A DNA stretch of 64,000 nucleotides from Candidatus Marinacidobacterales bacterium. Lineage in GTDB: Bacteria > Acidobacteriota > Vicinamibacteria > Marinacidobacterales > SMYC01. Positions within the stretch are counted from its first letter, which is position 1; each line of letters begins with the position of its first letter. This document shows positions 29,090-39,111 of the stretch, one piece after another. Under the pieces are notes generated by a model. It was not told the DNA's origin. It saw nothing but the letters and a program-made list of their open reading frames with translations, and searched no databases. The DNA lies in contig OZ250169.1 of assembly GCA_965237955.1 (NCBI GenBank), positions 3,360,001 to 3,424,000 of the forward strand. Direction: 5' to 3'. A program made the translations under genes and the position numbers.

Positions 29090-30340
29090 CTAGGTATCCA
29101 GCTTCGTCGCAATGAGGTGCGTGAACACTTCGGCTGCGTGGACGAGCTCGTTGAGAGGAAGCCATTCGTTCGTCGCGTGCGCGAGCGCGACGTCTCCAGG
29201 TCCATACAAAACTGCTGGCATCTCCGCGTAGCGGGTGAAGAGTCTCAGATCGCTCCCGTAGGGAACTCCGTGTGTTTTCGGTTGAGTGCCGAGTAACTCA
29301 TGATGGCAGGTCTCGAGCTCCTCAAGAATCGGGGCATCGGACGCGGTCTCTCCGGGCTCGAACTGGCCTTCGAACCACTCCACCGCCACCGGATTTTTGG
29401 CTAGCCAGTCGTCGTCGTCACCCGCTGCGCGGACGACAGTCTCGAACGCTTGGCGCGCGGCGTCACAGTCTTCCCCGGGAAAAACACCGAATCGGCCCTC
29501 GGCGACGAGCTCGTTGGGAACGGTCGACGGCCAGTTGCCTGCGTGCACCTTGCCGACGCTCAACGGCGCGACTAACTGCCCATTTTCATAGAACGGATGT
29601 CGAAACCCCTGGTGGCGTTTCTTCTCGAACGCTTCGAGCTTTCGAAAGACGGGCCAGAACTTCTCGACCGCCGAAACACCGCAGGTGCGCATCGCGCCGT
29701 GTGCGGCTTTGCCCATCACGTGCAGCCGGAACGACAGAGCACCCGCTTGGACTGGGCACATGTCGAGGCTCGTCGGCTCCGCGATAACCGCGGCATCGGC
29801 GCGATAGCCGCGCTCGATCACAGCGAGCGTGCCGAGCCCGCCGGTCTCTTCTCCAGCAACGCTTTGAACGAGGATGGACCGCTTCGGCTCGATGCCGAGT
29901 TTCATCGCCGCGCGCACCGCGATGCAGCACGCGGCGAGACCACCTTTCATGTCACACGAGCCGCGCCCGTGGAGCGCGTCCTGGTGGATGCGTGCATCGA
30001 ACGGACCGGCGTCCCATTGCTCGCGCTCGCCGGGAGGAACCACGTCGATATGTCCGTTCAAGATCAGCGCGGCGGTCTCGTCGCTCGGGCCCCATCGCGC
30101 CACGAGATTCTTCCGCTCGACCGGAAGTCCGTCGTCGCAGTAGGCGCGGTGTGACGTGATACCGCTTTCGATCGTCCACAGATCGACATCGAGGTCCCAT
30201 TCACGGAGCCGGCCTGCGAGCATGTCTTGAGCCGTGTCTTCGCCGCCAGTGACGCTCGGGATGCGCACGAGCTCGAGCGCGAGCTGGTAGAGCTCGTCCC
30301 GGAGTGAGCCGATCGCTTCTTTGACGTGGTTTGGATTCAC
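29090..30340 (-). CDS. ArgE/DapE family M20 deacylase
   Basis: LNGHIDVVP, GRGSCDMKGG, GEETGG, EPT, YGSD, GPG..AH..NE. Confidence 0.92.
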   Translation of the reverse strand: MNPNHVKEAIGSLRDELYQLALELVRIPSVTGGEDTAQDMLAGRLREWDLDVDLWTIESGITSHRAYCDDGLPVERKNLVARWGPSDETAALILNGHIDVVPPGEREQWDAGPFDARIHQDALHGRGSCDMKGGLAACCIAVRAAMKLGIEPKRSILVQSVAGEETGGLGTLAVIERGYRADAAVIAEPTSLDMCPVQAGALSFRLHVMGKAAHGAMRTCGVSAVEKFWPVFRKLEAFEKKRHQGFRHPFYENGQLVAPLSVGKVHAGNWPSTVPNELVAEGRFGVFPGEDCDAARQAFETVVRAAGDDDDWLAKNPVAVEWFEGQFEPGETASDAPILEELETCHHELLGTQPKTHGVPYGSDLRLFTRYAEMPAVLYGPGDVALAHATNEWLPLNELVHAAEVFTHLIATKLDT

Positions 30341-31146
30341 GGCGTGCCCATGTGAACGTCCATTTGCGGGAAGGGGATACCGATGCCGGCGGCATCGAGC
30401 GCAAGTTTCACCGCGCGGATCGTGGCTTGTTTGACAGCTGACAACTCGCTCGACGGCGCCCAGACGCGCACTTCCCACTCGACCGAAGACCCGCCCAGTC
30501 CGGCGAGCACGACCTGAGGTGCAGGATCCGAGAGCGCTCCGGAAACGCCGGAGACGGCTTCTTCGAGCACCGTGCGCGTGCGATCGATGTCGGCGCTGTA
30601 ATCGGTACCGACGGCAACGTCCGCGCGGCGGCGGGAGTGATGGCTGACGTTCTCGATATTGGCGCCTATTACGGCACTGTTGGGAATGATGACGCGACGG
30701 TTATCGAACGTGTCGAGAATCGTCGTGAACAACGAGATCTCATCGACGGTTCCCTTCGCACCTGCTGTCTGGATCGAGTCCCCTACTTTGAACGGACGGA
30801 ACACGAGGAGCATGATGCCGGCGGCAAAGCTTGACAGTGTTCCCTGAAGCGCCAGGCCGACGGCGAGGCCACCGGCGGCGATGATGGCCGCGAAGCTCGT
30901 GGTCTCGACGCCGAAAGCACTGAGCGCGGCAAGACCGGTGAGGACCAACAAGACCCAACGCGCCGCACTCGCAAAAAACTTTGTGAGGGTCAGATCGAAT
31001 CTGGCTCGCTCGAGCGACCGGATGACGAATCGCTTCACCCAGGCAGAAAGAACCCAAGCGACGAGAAGCAAGAGCAACGCGCCGATGATGCGCATGCCGT
31101 AGTTGGCGATCCATGTACGTCCGATGTCAGCGAATTCGTTCATCAT
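30337..31146 (-). CDS. mscS: Small-conductance mechanosensitive channel
   Basis: GLAVGLALQGTLSSFAAG..RPFKVGD..IPN..GIPFPQ. Confidence 0.92.
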   Translation of the reverse strand: MMNEFADIGRTWIANYGMRIIGALLLLLVAWVLSAWVKRFVIRSLERARFDLTLTKFFASAARWVLLVLTGLAALSAFGVETTSFAAIIAAGGLAVGLALQGTLSSFAAGIMLLVFRPFKVGDSIQTAGAKGTVDEISLFTTILDTFDNRRVIIPNSAVIGANIENVSHHSRRRADVAVGTDYSADIDRTRTVLEEAVSGVSGALSDPAPQVVLAGLGGSSVEWEVRVWAPSSELSAVKQATIRAVKLALDAAGIGIPFPQMDVHMGTP

Positions 31147-31174
31147 CCCGCACCTCCAGATTTCATTGAACGTG

Positions 31175-33553
31175 TCATTGAACATATCCGAGGCTTCGCA
31201 AGCGCTCGAGCTCTGCGGCGTCGATGCCCTCGGTCGCTTCGGCGTCCGTCGGTAGTTTGTTCGCGAGCGCCCACGCGTGCCAATCGTCGAGCTGTTTCGA
31301 TAACCGCTCTACGATCTCCGGGTTCTCGGATGCGATGTCGTTTTGATCGAGAGGATCTTGACGATGGTCGTAGAGCTCGTATTCGGGAAATCCGTCGGGC
31401 CGCTCGACGTTATGGATCAGTTTGTATCCATCGACGATGATGCTGAAGGCGTCGACCATCTCTTCGTCCCTCTGGTCGGTGCGACGGGTCCACTCGGACA
31501 CCGCGGGTCGAGCGGACCATCTCTCGGGAGTCGTGAAAAGCGGCACCAGGCTTTCGCCCTGCATACTATCGGGCTTCGCGATCTTCGCGAGCTCGAGAAC
31601 CGTCGGCGCCACGTCGAGCATCTGCACGGTCTCGTCGATGACGTGTCCTTCGGGTACGACACCCGGCCACCGGAGGATGAGCGGCACGTTGATCATCTCC
31701 CCGTAAACGTTTTCTTCGTGGAAATGACCGCCGTGATCCAGGAACTCCTCCCCATGATCGCTCGAGAACACGGTGAGAGTTTCGTCCGCGATGCCGAGAT
31801 TCTCGAGCTTCTCGAGAATGCGCCGGATCTCGACGTCCGCGGCGCGGATCGAGCCGTCGTACCAGTCGAGCTCGTGTCGGACGAACTCTTCGGGATCCAC
31901 GCCCGCTTCCTCGAGCTCGCCGACGAGCGGCAGCCCCATGGGCTTCATGAAACCACTCTTGATGAACGGGCGCACTTTATCGACCCGTGCCTCGTGGGCC
32001 TCCTTCCCGTCGGGCGCTCCCCAAAGCGTGTCATAGGGACGATACGGCTCGTAGGGGCTATGCGGGTCGAGCGCGTGGAAGAAGACGAAAAACGGGACGT
32101 CGTGATGCGCGTCGAGCCAGGGGAGGAGTCGGTCGACGATGACGCGAGCCGACTTCGCGGTATTGGCCCGATCCGGTTTGCGGATCGATCCGCTTTCGTG
32201 GAGCACTTCGACTCCCTGGTGAAGGTTGGTGCCCTTCCCGGAGAAGCCGCTTGCCGAGCCAGCCCAGGTCGCGTAGCCAGCTTCGCGAAACGCTTCGGCC
32301 ATCGTATCCGCCGACGCCGGCAGCTTGTGGTTCAACTCGAAGATACCGTTCGAGCTCGGATACGTTGACGACAACATCGAGGGGACCGAGACTTTGGTCC
32401 ATGCGCCCTGGGCGATGGCATCCGAGAACAGCGTGCCCTCTTCGGCGATGCGACTCACGGTGGGCGCGGTCGAGCGTTGGTAACCGTAAGCGTCGAGGTG
32501 GTCTCGGCGGAGCGTGTCGAGCAGAATCATGACGACGCCGCGCGGCGCACCGGGGTCGTAGCCACCGCGGCTCCTCACCGTCGGCGTCCCCCAGAATCCG
32601 ATGGCGCCGGGCTTGTCCGATTCCAGGCTGAGGGTGAGCTCGACGTCGGCGCCGGCGAAGGCATCGAGATCGATCGGGACTGGCTCCCAGCGATGCGGCA
32701 TCGAAACCGTATGCTCGAGCAATACATCGTCGTCGAGAGTGACGCGAAAGGTGACCGGGCCGTCTTCGACGGTCCCCACCGCGAGGTCGAGCATCGGTCG
32801 TGACGGCAGCGAGAGATTGAATCGAGCCTCTTCCGGTGAGCGTGCGACGACCGTCTCGCGGTAAACCTCGGAGAGCCCCTGCCAGCTCACGCCCGCGGGG
32901 ATGCCGGCGAGGTGTTCTTTTCGGAAGACGAGACGTAGCGATTCGATCTCGAACGTCGCACCTTCGACGTCGGTCGGTCGCAGCAAAATGTGGCGGATTC
33001 CTGAGGCTTGAAACGATGCCCGTGCCGCCGAGCCGGCATTGATCGAGTAGGTCTGAAGGTCGTCTCCGGGAATGAGCGGTGTCGACAGGGGCCACGGAAA
33101 CTCGTCGGCGGTCGCGGCAGTGCGCTCGAGATTCAAACTCTCGCTACGGCTGAAGGTGACGGTCAGGTTCGCGCCCTCGGACACGCGGGCACGCACGATC
33201 ACTTGATGCAGCACATCGGGGTCGTCGAGTCCACTGTGCCGCTCCACGTGCACGATGGGAACGTTGGTGATCGAGCGCCCCGCGAGAACGTTGCCGTCGA
33301 CGCGGAGCCCCGAGACACCGGCTCCAGCCTTCCACCCGACGTCGTGTCCCTCCTCGAAGCGCCACTCGGTCGGCTCGGGAGGTGCGCCGGCGGCGCCTGT
33401 CCCCCCCGTTCCCCCCGTCCCAATGACGCTCGCCGCAGGGAACAGATCGACGAGTCTCAGGACGGTGGGCTGGTTTTCGGAACCGGCGCACGCGACAAGA
33501 ATGACGACGCTCGTTAACGTGAGCGAGAGTAGACGGAACGGCATGGTGAGCAT
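31175..33553 (-). CDS. Sulfatase-like hydrolase, exported, with large N-terminal domain
   Basis: LDTLRRDHL, WTKVS, DPHSPY, YDGSI, SDHGEEF, VPLI, ELYD..DP. Confidence 0.88.
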   Translation of the reverse strand: MLTMPFRLLSLTLTSVVILVACAGSENQPTVLRLVDLFPAASVIGTGGTGGTGAAGAPPEPTEWRFEEGHDVGWKAGAGVSGLRVDGNVLAGRSITNVPIVHVERHSGLDDPDVLHQVIVRARVSEGANLTVTFSRSESLNLERTAATADEFPWPLSTPLIPGDDLQTYSINAGSAARASFQASGIRHILLRPTDVEGATFEIESLRLVFRKEHLAGIPAGVSWQGLSEVYRETVVARSPEEARFNLSLPSRPMLDLAVGTVEDGPVTFRVTLDDDVLLEHTVSMPHRWEPVPIDLDAFAGADVELTLSLESDKPGAIGFWGTPTVRSRGGYDPGAPRGVVMILLDTLRRDHLDAYGYQRSTAPTVSRIAEEGTLFSDAIAQGAWTKVSVPSMLSSTYPSSNGIFELNHKLPASADTMAEAFREAGYATWAGSASGFSGKGTNLHQGVEVLHESGSIRKPDRANTAKSARVIVDRLLPWLDAHHDVPFFVFFHALDPHSPYEPYRPYDTLWGAPDGKEAHEARVDKVRPFIKSGFMKPMGLPLVGELEEAGVDPEEFVRHELDWYDGSIRAADVEIRRILEKLENLGIADETLTVFSSDHGEEFLDHGGHFHEENVYGEMINVPLILRWPGVVPEGHVIDETVQMLDVAPTVLELAKIAKPDSMQGESLVPLFTTPERWSARPAVSEWTRRTDQRDEEMVDAFSIIVDGYKLIHNVERPDGFPEYELYDHRQDPLDQNDIASENPEIVERLSKQLDDWHAWALANKLPTDAEATEGIDAAELERLRSLGYVQ

Positions 33554-33571
33554 CCTCCAGCGTGGAGGATC

Positions 33572-36345
33572 CTATTTGCGGGAGGGAAGCGGTGCAACGT
33601 TACGCCAGTGTCGTTCGATGGCTTCGTAGCAAACGGCGGCGTCGCGCTCCCACGCCGACCACGGCAGCGGAAACAACGAGAGCCCGGCGCGCGCGAACAT
33701 CCGGTAGCGTTCGAGGTCGATCGCCGCCCCGAGCTCGCCCGAATATCCGATGATATCGATACCGAAGGCGCGGCCTTCCTTTTCGACCACCAAGTCGACC
33801 GTGGACCCGGCGACCGCGTAGGTGGGCCACAGATGAAATCCCTCTTGTCGAAGCCGGCTCATGACGGCTTCGAGGAACGCGTCTTTGACGTGCGCTCCAC
33901 CAAGTTGGGTGGTTTCGGGCGCGCGCGCCATCTGGTTCAAGTAACGCGCGAGGAGCCCGTGTTTCGACACGTCATCCCCGGTGAAAGAAGTGAACACGAT
34001 CTGGTAGTCGCGCGCTCTGGTGATAGACACGTTGAAGACATCGGCCTGGCTCAAGTAGCGAAACGACATCGGGTGACTCTGCACGTCCACCGCGAGTGAC
34101 AGCAGCATCACATCGCGCTCTTCGCCCTGGAAGCTGTACGCGGTGCCGATGAGAAGGTCGTGCTTTTCGATCGTATCGAGCTCGACGCGGTCGAGAATCG
34201 CTTTCGAAAGGTAATCGACTTGGTCCCGGAACGGAGACAACACCCCGATGGAATGGCAAGCGGAAGCGTCGAGGGGTTGCTGGGAGTCGATCCGTTTCAC
34301 CAGCTCTTCGATGAGCGCTTCGGCTTCAGCTGCGTTGACGCCGTTTTTAGCGCGGAGGCCGGAGACGTTTCGGATCTCGACGGCACGCGCGCGCAGCGTG
34401 TCTGGTCTCGCGGTCATGATCTGGAGCGCGCCTCCGTAGAACTCTCGATTACTGAACTCGATGATTTGGGGCATGCTGCGGAAGTGCTCGTTCAGAAACG
34501 CGACTTGCTCTTGTGACGCGAGCGCATCGTCCACGAGGTCGAGAAGGCTCTTGTCGCGGTAGTCGAGCTTCGTTTTGAGGGTGTCGTCGAGGCCGTGCTC
34601 GTCGGCGATAAGATCCTGACGCTCGCGCGCGAGAAACGATACGTGCCGGAGCTGTTCCGGATCGCCGGTGACCACTGCGCGCCGCGCCCGGTGAAACGCG
34701 GGAAGAGGGCTTGCCATATCGCTTTGAGTCGCTTCGTCCACGATGACGAGGTCGAAGAGCTCGCGCTCGAGGGGAACCAGCCGGTAGAGGTCGCGAAACG
34801 TCGACATCCACAACGGGAACGCCTGAAGGAGCACACCGAGGTCGGTCTGGTTGAAGAGGCGCTCCTGCCGTGCCGACGTTCGTGCGCGGATCGCGCCGAG
34901 AAAACGCTTGAGCTCGCCCCGGTGCTTCGCGAGAACGTGTGCAATCTGGCTCTGGCGAGTCACGCGTAGAAGCGTGGACGCAAGGCGGATTCGCTCTTCC
35001 TGATCCCGCTCGAGCCGCTGGTGGAGCTCCCAGTGAGGTGTGGCGCGCGACACCCGCCAGTCAAGAAAGGCGAGACGCAGCCGGGCGAGCGTGGCCAATT
35101 GCTTGCGACGTGTCTGAAGCTCGCTCCACGCGTGCTCGAGCGCGGTGCGTTCGCTCAAGCGTTTCTCGTCGCGCGCGATCGTCGCCATCATTCTTACTAG
35201 TTGACGTCTGAGCGAGGTGGGTGTCGGGTGGTCGGCGGCGTCGTGATGGCCGCTCAACAGCTGTCGGAGATACGTCTTGAGCTCGCGCACGTAGTCCCGG
35301 GAGCCGCCGCGGAGGATCGTGGTCGTTCGGCCCAACATCGCATGGAGCTTGGCTTCGATGACGTCGAGCGCGCGGTCGGTGCGGCAGGCGATCAGCACCG
35401 ATTCGCCGCGCATGATGTGATCGACCGCGACTGCGGCAACGGTGTACGATTTGCCTGTCCCCGGTGGGCCGACGATGAGCGTGAGCGGGTTGCGGCGCGC
35501 CGACGTCAGGATCTTCTGCTGCGCTCGGCTGAGGACCGCGGGTACCGTGGAGGTCACCGGAGGCGCAGCCGTATCGTCTCCGCGAGAAACGGCGTCGCCC
35601 CCGTCACTGAAGAGAACGCGTGTCGGTGTCGAGAAAGTCTCGCGGAGCTCGGCATCGGCGAGCTCGAACATCACACCTCGCGTTGCTCTCGGGTTCGAGA
35701 CCAGCGCCATCATCGCCGAGGGAAGACAGGCGAGGCGCGAGTCTTTTTGCGCCTTACGCACACCTCGTTCACCGACGAGCTTCGGGTAGCGATACATGGC
35801 GTCGACATCCGTGTGAGGCAGGAAATCGCGGAATATCTGCATGAGCGCCGACAACGACACCTCGTCGAACGGAGGCTCGGGGAAGCGAGCGAGGATTTTT
35901 TCGAGAACGTCCGAAGCACCGTCGTCTTCGCCGAGAAGCTCGGCAAAGAGAGAGAAGTTCACGTTTTGTTCGTGGTGATCGACGGCGAGGTAGATGAGCT
36001 CTTCAGCCGAAAAGTCCGCCTTCTCGAGCTTCGCCGGGTAGTAAACGACGGGCGCGCATAACTTGCGCTCGGTGCCGTCCTGCCCAGAAACAGTGCCGAC
36101 GACGAGGAACGCCGCGCAGATCAGACTCTTTTCCCGTTTGTACGTCGCCCCGCGGCTTTTTGCGCCGCGATGCCCTTGTCGAGCGGCACGGCGACTCCGT
36201 CTTGGAGCCCGCTCAGAAGCACTTCGGTGTCGGTGACGAAATGGCGATGCTGGACATCCTTGTGCAGCAGGTCGAGCACTGAGCTTGCGCGGTTGTCTGC
36301 CTCGTGGCAGGACGCGAGATAGCCGATCGGATCCGATTTGGGCAC
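33572..36345 (-). CDS. SF1 (DNA2/NAM7-like) helicase with C-terminal REase/Vsr-like domain; apparent frameshift near 36148
   Basis: GPPGTGKS, VDEATQ, GDPEQL, EHFRS, SPFRDQ, FQGEERD, NVSITRAR. The reading frame continues upstream to about 36345 across one shift. Confidence 0.85.
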
Positions 36346-36519
36346 GCTCAACGTTTTGGACTTCGAGAGGAGTTGATCTCAGTGTAGCGGATCACAGATG
36401 TTGGTGGTGCTAGAATCCACATCGAGCGAGTGTGGTGCCGTGGCGAAGGTGCACCCGTCACCCGGCCGCGCTTCGCCCACCCTCTCCCCTTCGGGTAGAG
36501 GGGTATTAGGAACGAGAGC

Positions 36520-37512
36520 TTGATTAAGAAGAAAACCAAGCCGGGCGCGTCGAGAAAACGGCTGACCCCTCGGAAGGAAAAGCGAGGCCCCTCCGGAGCC
36601 GACGTGCTTCTTGGTGTGGACGACCCCTCGTTGGCGGAGCTTTCCCAGCGCGTGCGCGACGTCGGGGGCACCCCGGTCGGCGCTTACCGCGAGCCGTTCT
36701 CGGGGACGCCTCTCCTGCTGGCGGTGTTGCCTCTCAAAGCCGTCGAGCCCACACCATTTCAGCGCGATCTCTCACCAACGCACACCAAACGCCTCGCGCA
36801 GAAGATCGAGGAGGTCGGTGTCTTTCTCGATCCGCTAATCGTGGTCCAAGCACCCGACGGCCGGCTGTGGACGCCGAACGGTCGCCACCGTCACGCCGCC
36901 GCGAAAGTGCTCGGGCTTCAGGCGGTGACAGCACTCATCTCGCCCAACGAAAATCTCGCGTTCAAGATCCTCGCCCTAAACACCGAGAAAGCTCACAATC
37001 TGAAGGACCGAAGTCTCGAAGTCATCCGCATGGCGCTCGAGCTTGCCGAGCGCAAGCCGCGGAGCAAAGAAAAAGACTACGCCGTCGAGCTCGACGAGCC
37101 CGCGCTTCTCACGCTCGGCATCATCTACGAAGAGCACCGCCGCTTCGCGGGAAGCCCGTATTTCTCGTTTCTGCGCAAGGTCGATCGGTTCGCGACCGGG
37201 ACTCTCGTGAAGAGTCTCCAGCAACGAGAAGGTTGGGCAGCGCGGCTGAGAGAGGTCGACGATCGGGTGAAAGAAATCGTAGCCGAGCTCAAGGATCGCG
37301 GTTTCGGCTCACCCTATCTGCGGAACCTGGTGGTGGCCCGCATCAACCCGGTGCGGTTTCATCGCGCGAAGAAGGGTGATACGAAGCCCCCTATGGCCCT
37401 CGGCGCCGCGCTTACCCGCATGGCGGCCTCTGCGCGCACGTTCAACGTCTCGACCGTACGCGAGCAGGACCTGGCGCTCGTCGCAGCCTTGTCGAGTGGC
37501 GATGGAGACTGA
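36520..37512 (+). CDS. ParB/Srx N-terminal domain protein
   Basis: PTPFQRDLS..FLDPLIV..TPNGRHR..LNTEK. Confidence 0.8.
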   Translation: MIKKKTKPGASRKRLTPRKEKRGPSGADVLLGVDDPSLAELSQRVRDVGGTPVGAYREPFSGTPLLLAVLPLKAVEPTPFQRDLSPTHTKRLAQKIEEVGVFLDPLIVVQAPDGRLWTPNGRHRHAAAKVLGLQAVTALISPNENLAFKILALNTEKAHNLKDRSLEVIRMALELAERKPRSKEKDYAVELDEPALLTLGIIYEEHRRFAGSPYFSFLRKVDRFATGTLVKSLQQREGWAARLREVDDRVKEIVAELKDRGFGSPYLRNLVVARINPVRFHRAKKGDTKPPMALGAALTRMAASARTFNVSTVREQDLALVAALSSGDGD

Positions 37513-37519
37513 GAACCGT

Positions 37520-37775
37520 GACTAATCGAAATCGTCTATCGCCTCGACCCGGAAGCAGAATCGCTCCGTCCATCCGACGCCGGTGAAGCAAGGCGAGCGC
37601 TCGAAAAAGGCAACGAGCGTTTCGCGAGCCTCGATAGCCGTGGCAAAAACGCTCATGTTCGAGAGTTCATCGCGATCAACCCGCGGGCGCTCGGGATCTC
37701 TCCCATCGAGGGCACTCCGCCCGAGCAAACGCCTCCCGCCGCGGTTCTCGGCTGCTCCGACGCCCGTGCCCCGGT
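37520..37775 (+). pseudogene. Beta-carbonic anhydrase N-terminal remnant
   Basis: [26 protein letters not shown], then homology breaks. Confidence 0.75.
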
Positions 37776-37857
37776 GGTTATCGCTGGCAGCCGGTTCGTG
37801 ACTTCGATTCTCGATGGCCCAGCGTAAGCAGACCGACATCTTCTGCGAGTAACGCCG

Positions 37858-38328
37858 GGAGTAACGCCGCGGCCACGCTTGTCGGGCGAAACCTCGGTGC
37901 CGAAAAACCCGAGCGGGCGGAGCGCGCCGTGTGGATCACCGGCATGTGGAACATGGCGTTCATGGCGGTGGTCAACGGTGGTGTTCGTCGCGTTGGCGCC
38001 TCAGATCATCCGCATTTTTACGTCGGATCCGATGGTAGTGCCGATCGGGATCGAGAGCTTGCGGATCATCAGCTGCGGCTACGTGTTCTACGCGTGGGGC
38101 ATGGTGATGATGCAGGCCTTCAATGGCGCTGGCGACACCGCCACGCCGACGTGGATCAATTTCCTTTGCTTCTGGCTTTTTCAGATTCCGCTGGCGCTGG
38201 TTTTGGCGTTTTCGATGGGCGGCGGCCCTAAGGGAGTCTTTGTCGCCATCGCGCTGTCGTACTCTCTGTCAGCGATAATAGGCGTGATCCTGTTCCGTCG
38301 CGGGAAATGGAAGCATCAGAGAGTCTAA
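37858..38328 (+). pseudogene. MATE efflux transporter C-terminal remnant
   Basis: [36 protein letters not shown], with a frameshift. Confidence 0.85.
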
Positions 38329-38331
38329 ACG

Positions 38332-38915
38332 CTACGACAGGGGGTTCGCCTTGGCCATCGAGTCTATCTGCCAGGCGCCGTCGCCAACCTTGGAGAACGA
38401 GATCTCGACGAGGGCTCCCGCGGTAATCGTTTGTCCGTCACGAGTGACGAGCTTGTCGGTGCGGCGCACGCGCGCCTGGGCTTTCTCGCCCTGATGCTCG
38501 ATCCGGAGCACGGCAAAAAAGATCGTGTGAGAGCGGGCCATCTTGAAAGACGCAACGATTCGCTTCTCGTCGTCACCTTCGAGCGTTCCTGGATCGCTTC
38601 GGTGTAGCGAACCAGCGTTTGCCGCAACTCGTCGCGGTCTTTCTTCGCGGGTGTGTTACCGACCCGCAATGCTACCTGTCTCACAACAGCGTCGAAATCG
38701 ACGCCGGCGCGTTCCGCTGCCGCCATGTTCACCACGAGTTTTTTCGATCCCGCGCTGACGCGGAGGCCGATGACGAGGCCCCGTTCGACGTCAATAGGCG
38801 AGCCGGCGAGGGTGAAGACTCCGGCCGCCTCGGACGCGGTGACGATCGAGCGGACGTTCTCTTCCATCCCTGCGGGTACATAGAGCGGATACGAGGTGCG
38901 TGCGCGTCCATGCAT
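38332..38915 (-). pseudogene. Fragmented YfiR/DUF4154-like protein with additional C-terminal domain
   Basis: VERGLVIGL..KLVVNMAAAERAGVDF. Frame breaks. Confidence 0.5.
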
Positions 38916-39111
38916 CCGCGGAAATCTCAGGAGCGCCTCTGGAATCGAGCACGGGCCACTTCTTCGTGGCCGCGCGGCTCGACGCGCGTCAGAGCTTATG
39001 ACGACGTCGTCACAGAGCTCGCCCGTCCCGGGTATGCGTCTCCTTGAAGCTTGCTCGAGACCACGTTCCCACCTTTCGTTCTGTATGCTAGCCTGATCGT
39101 AGTGTCAGAAA

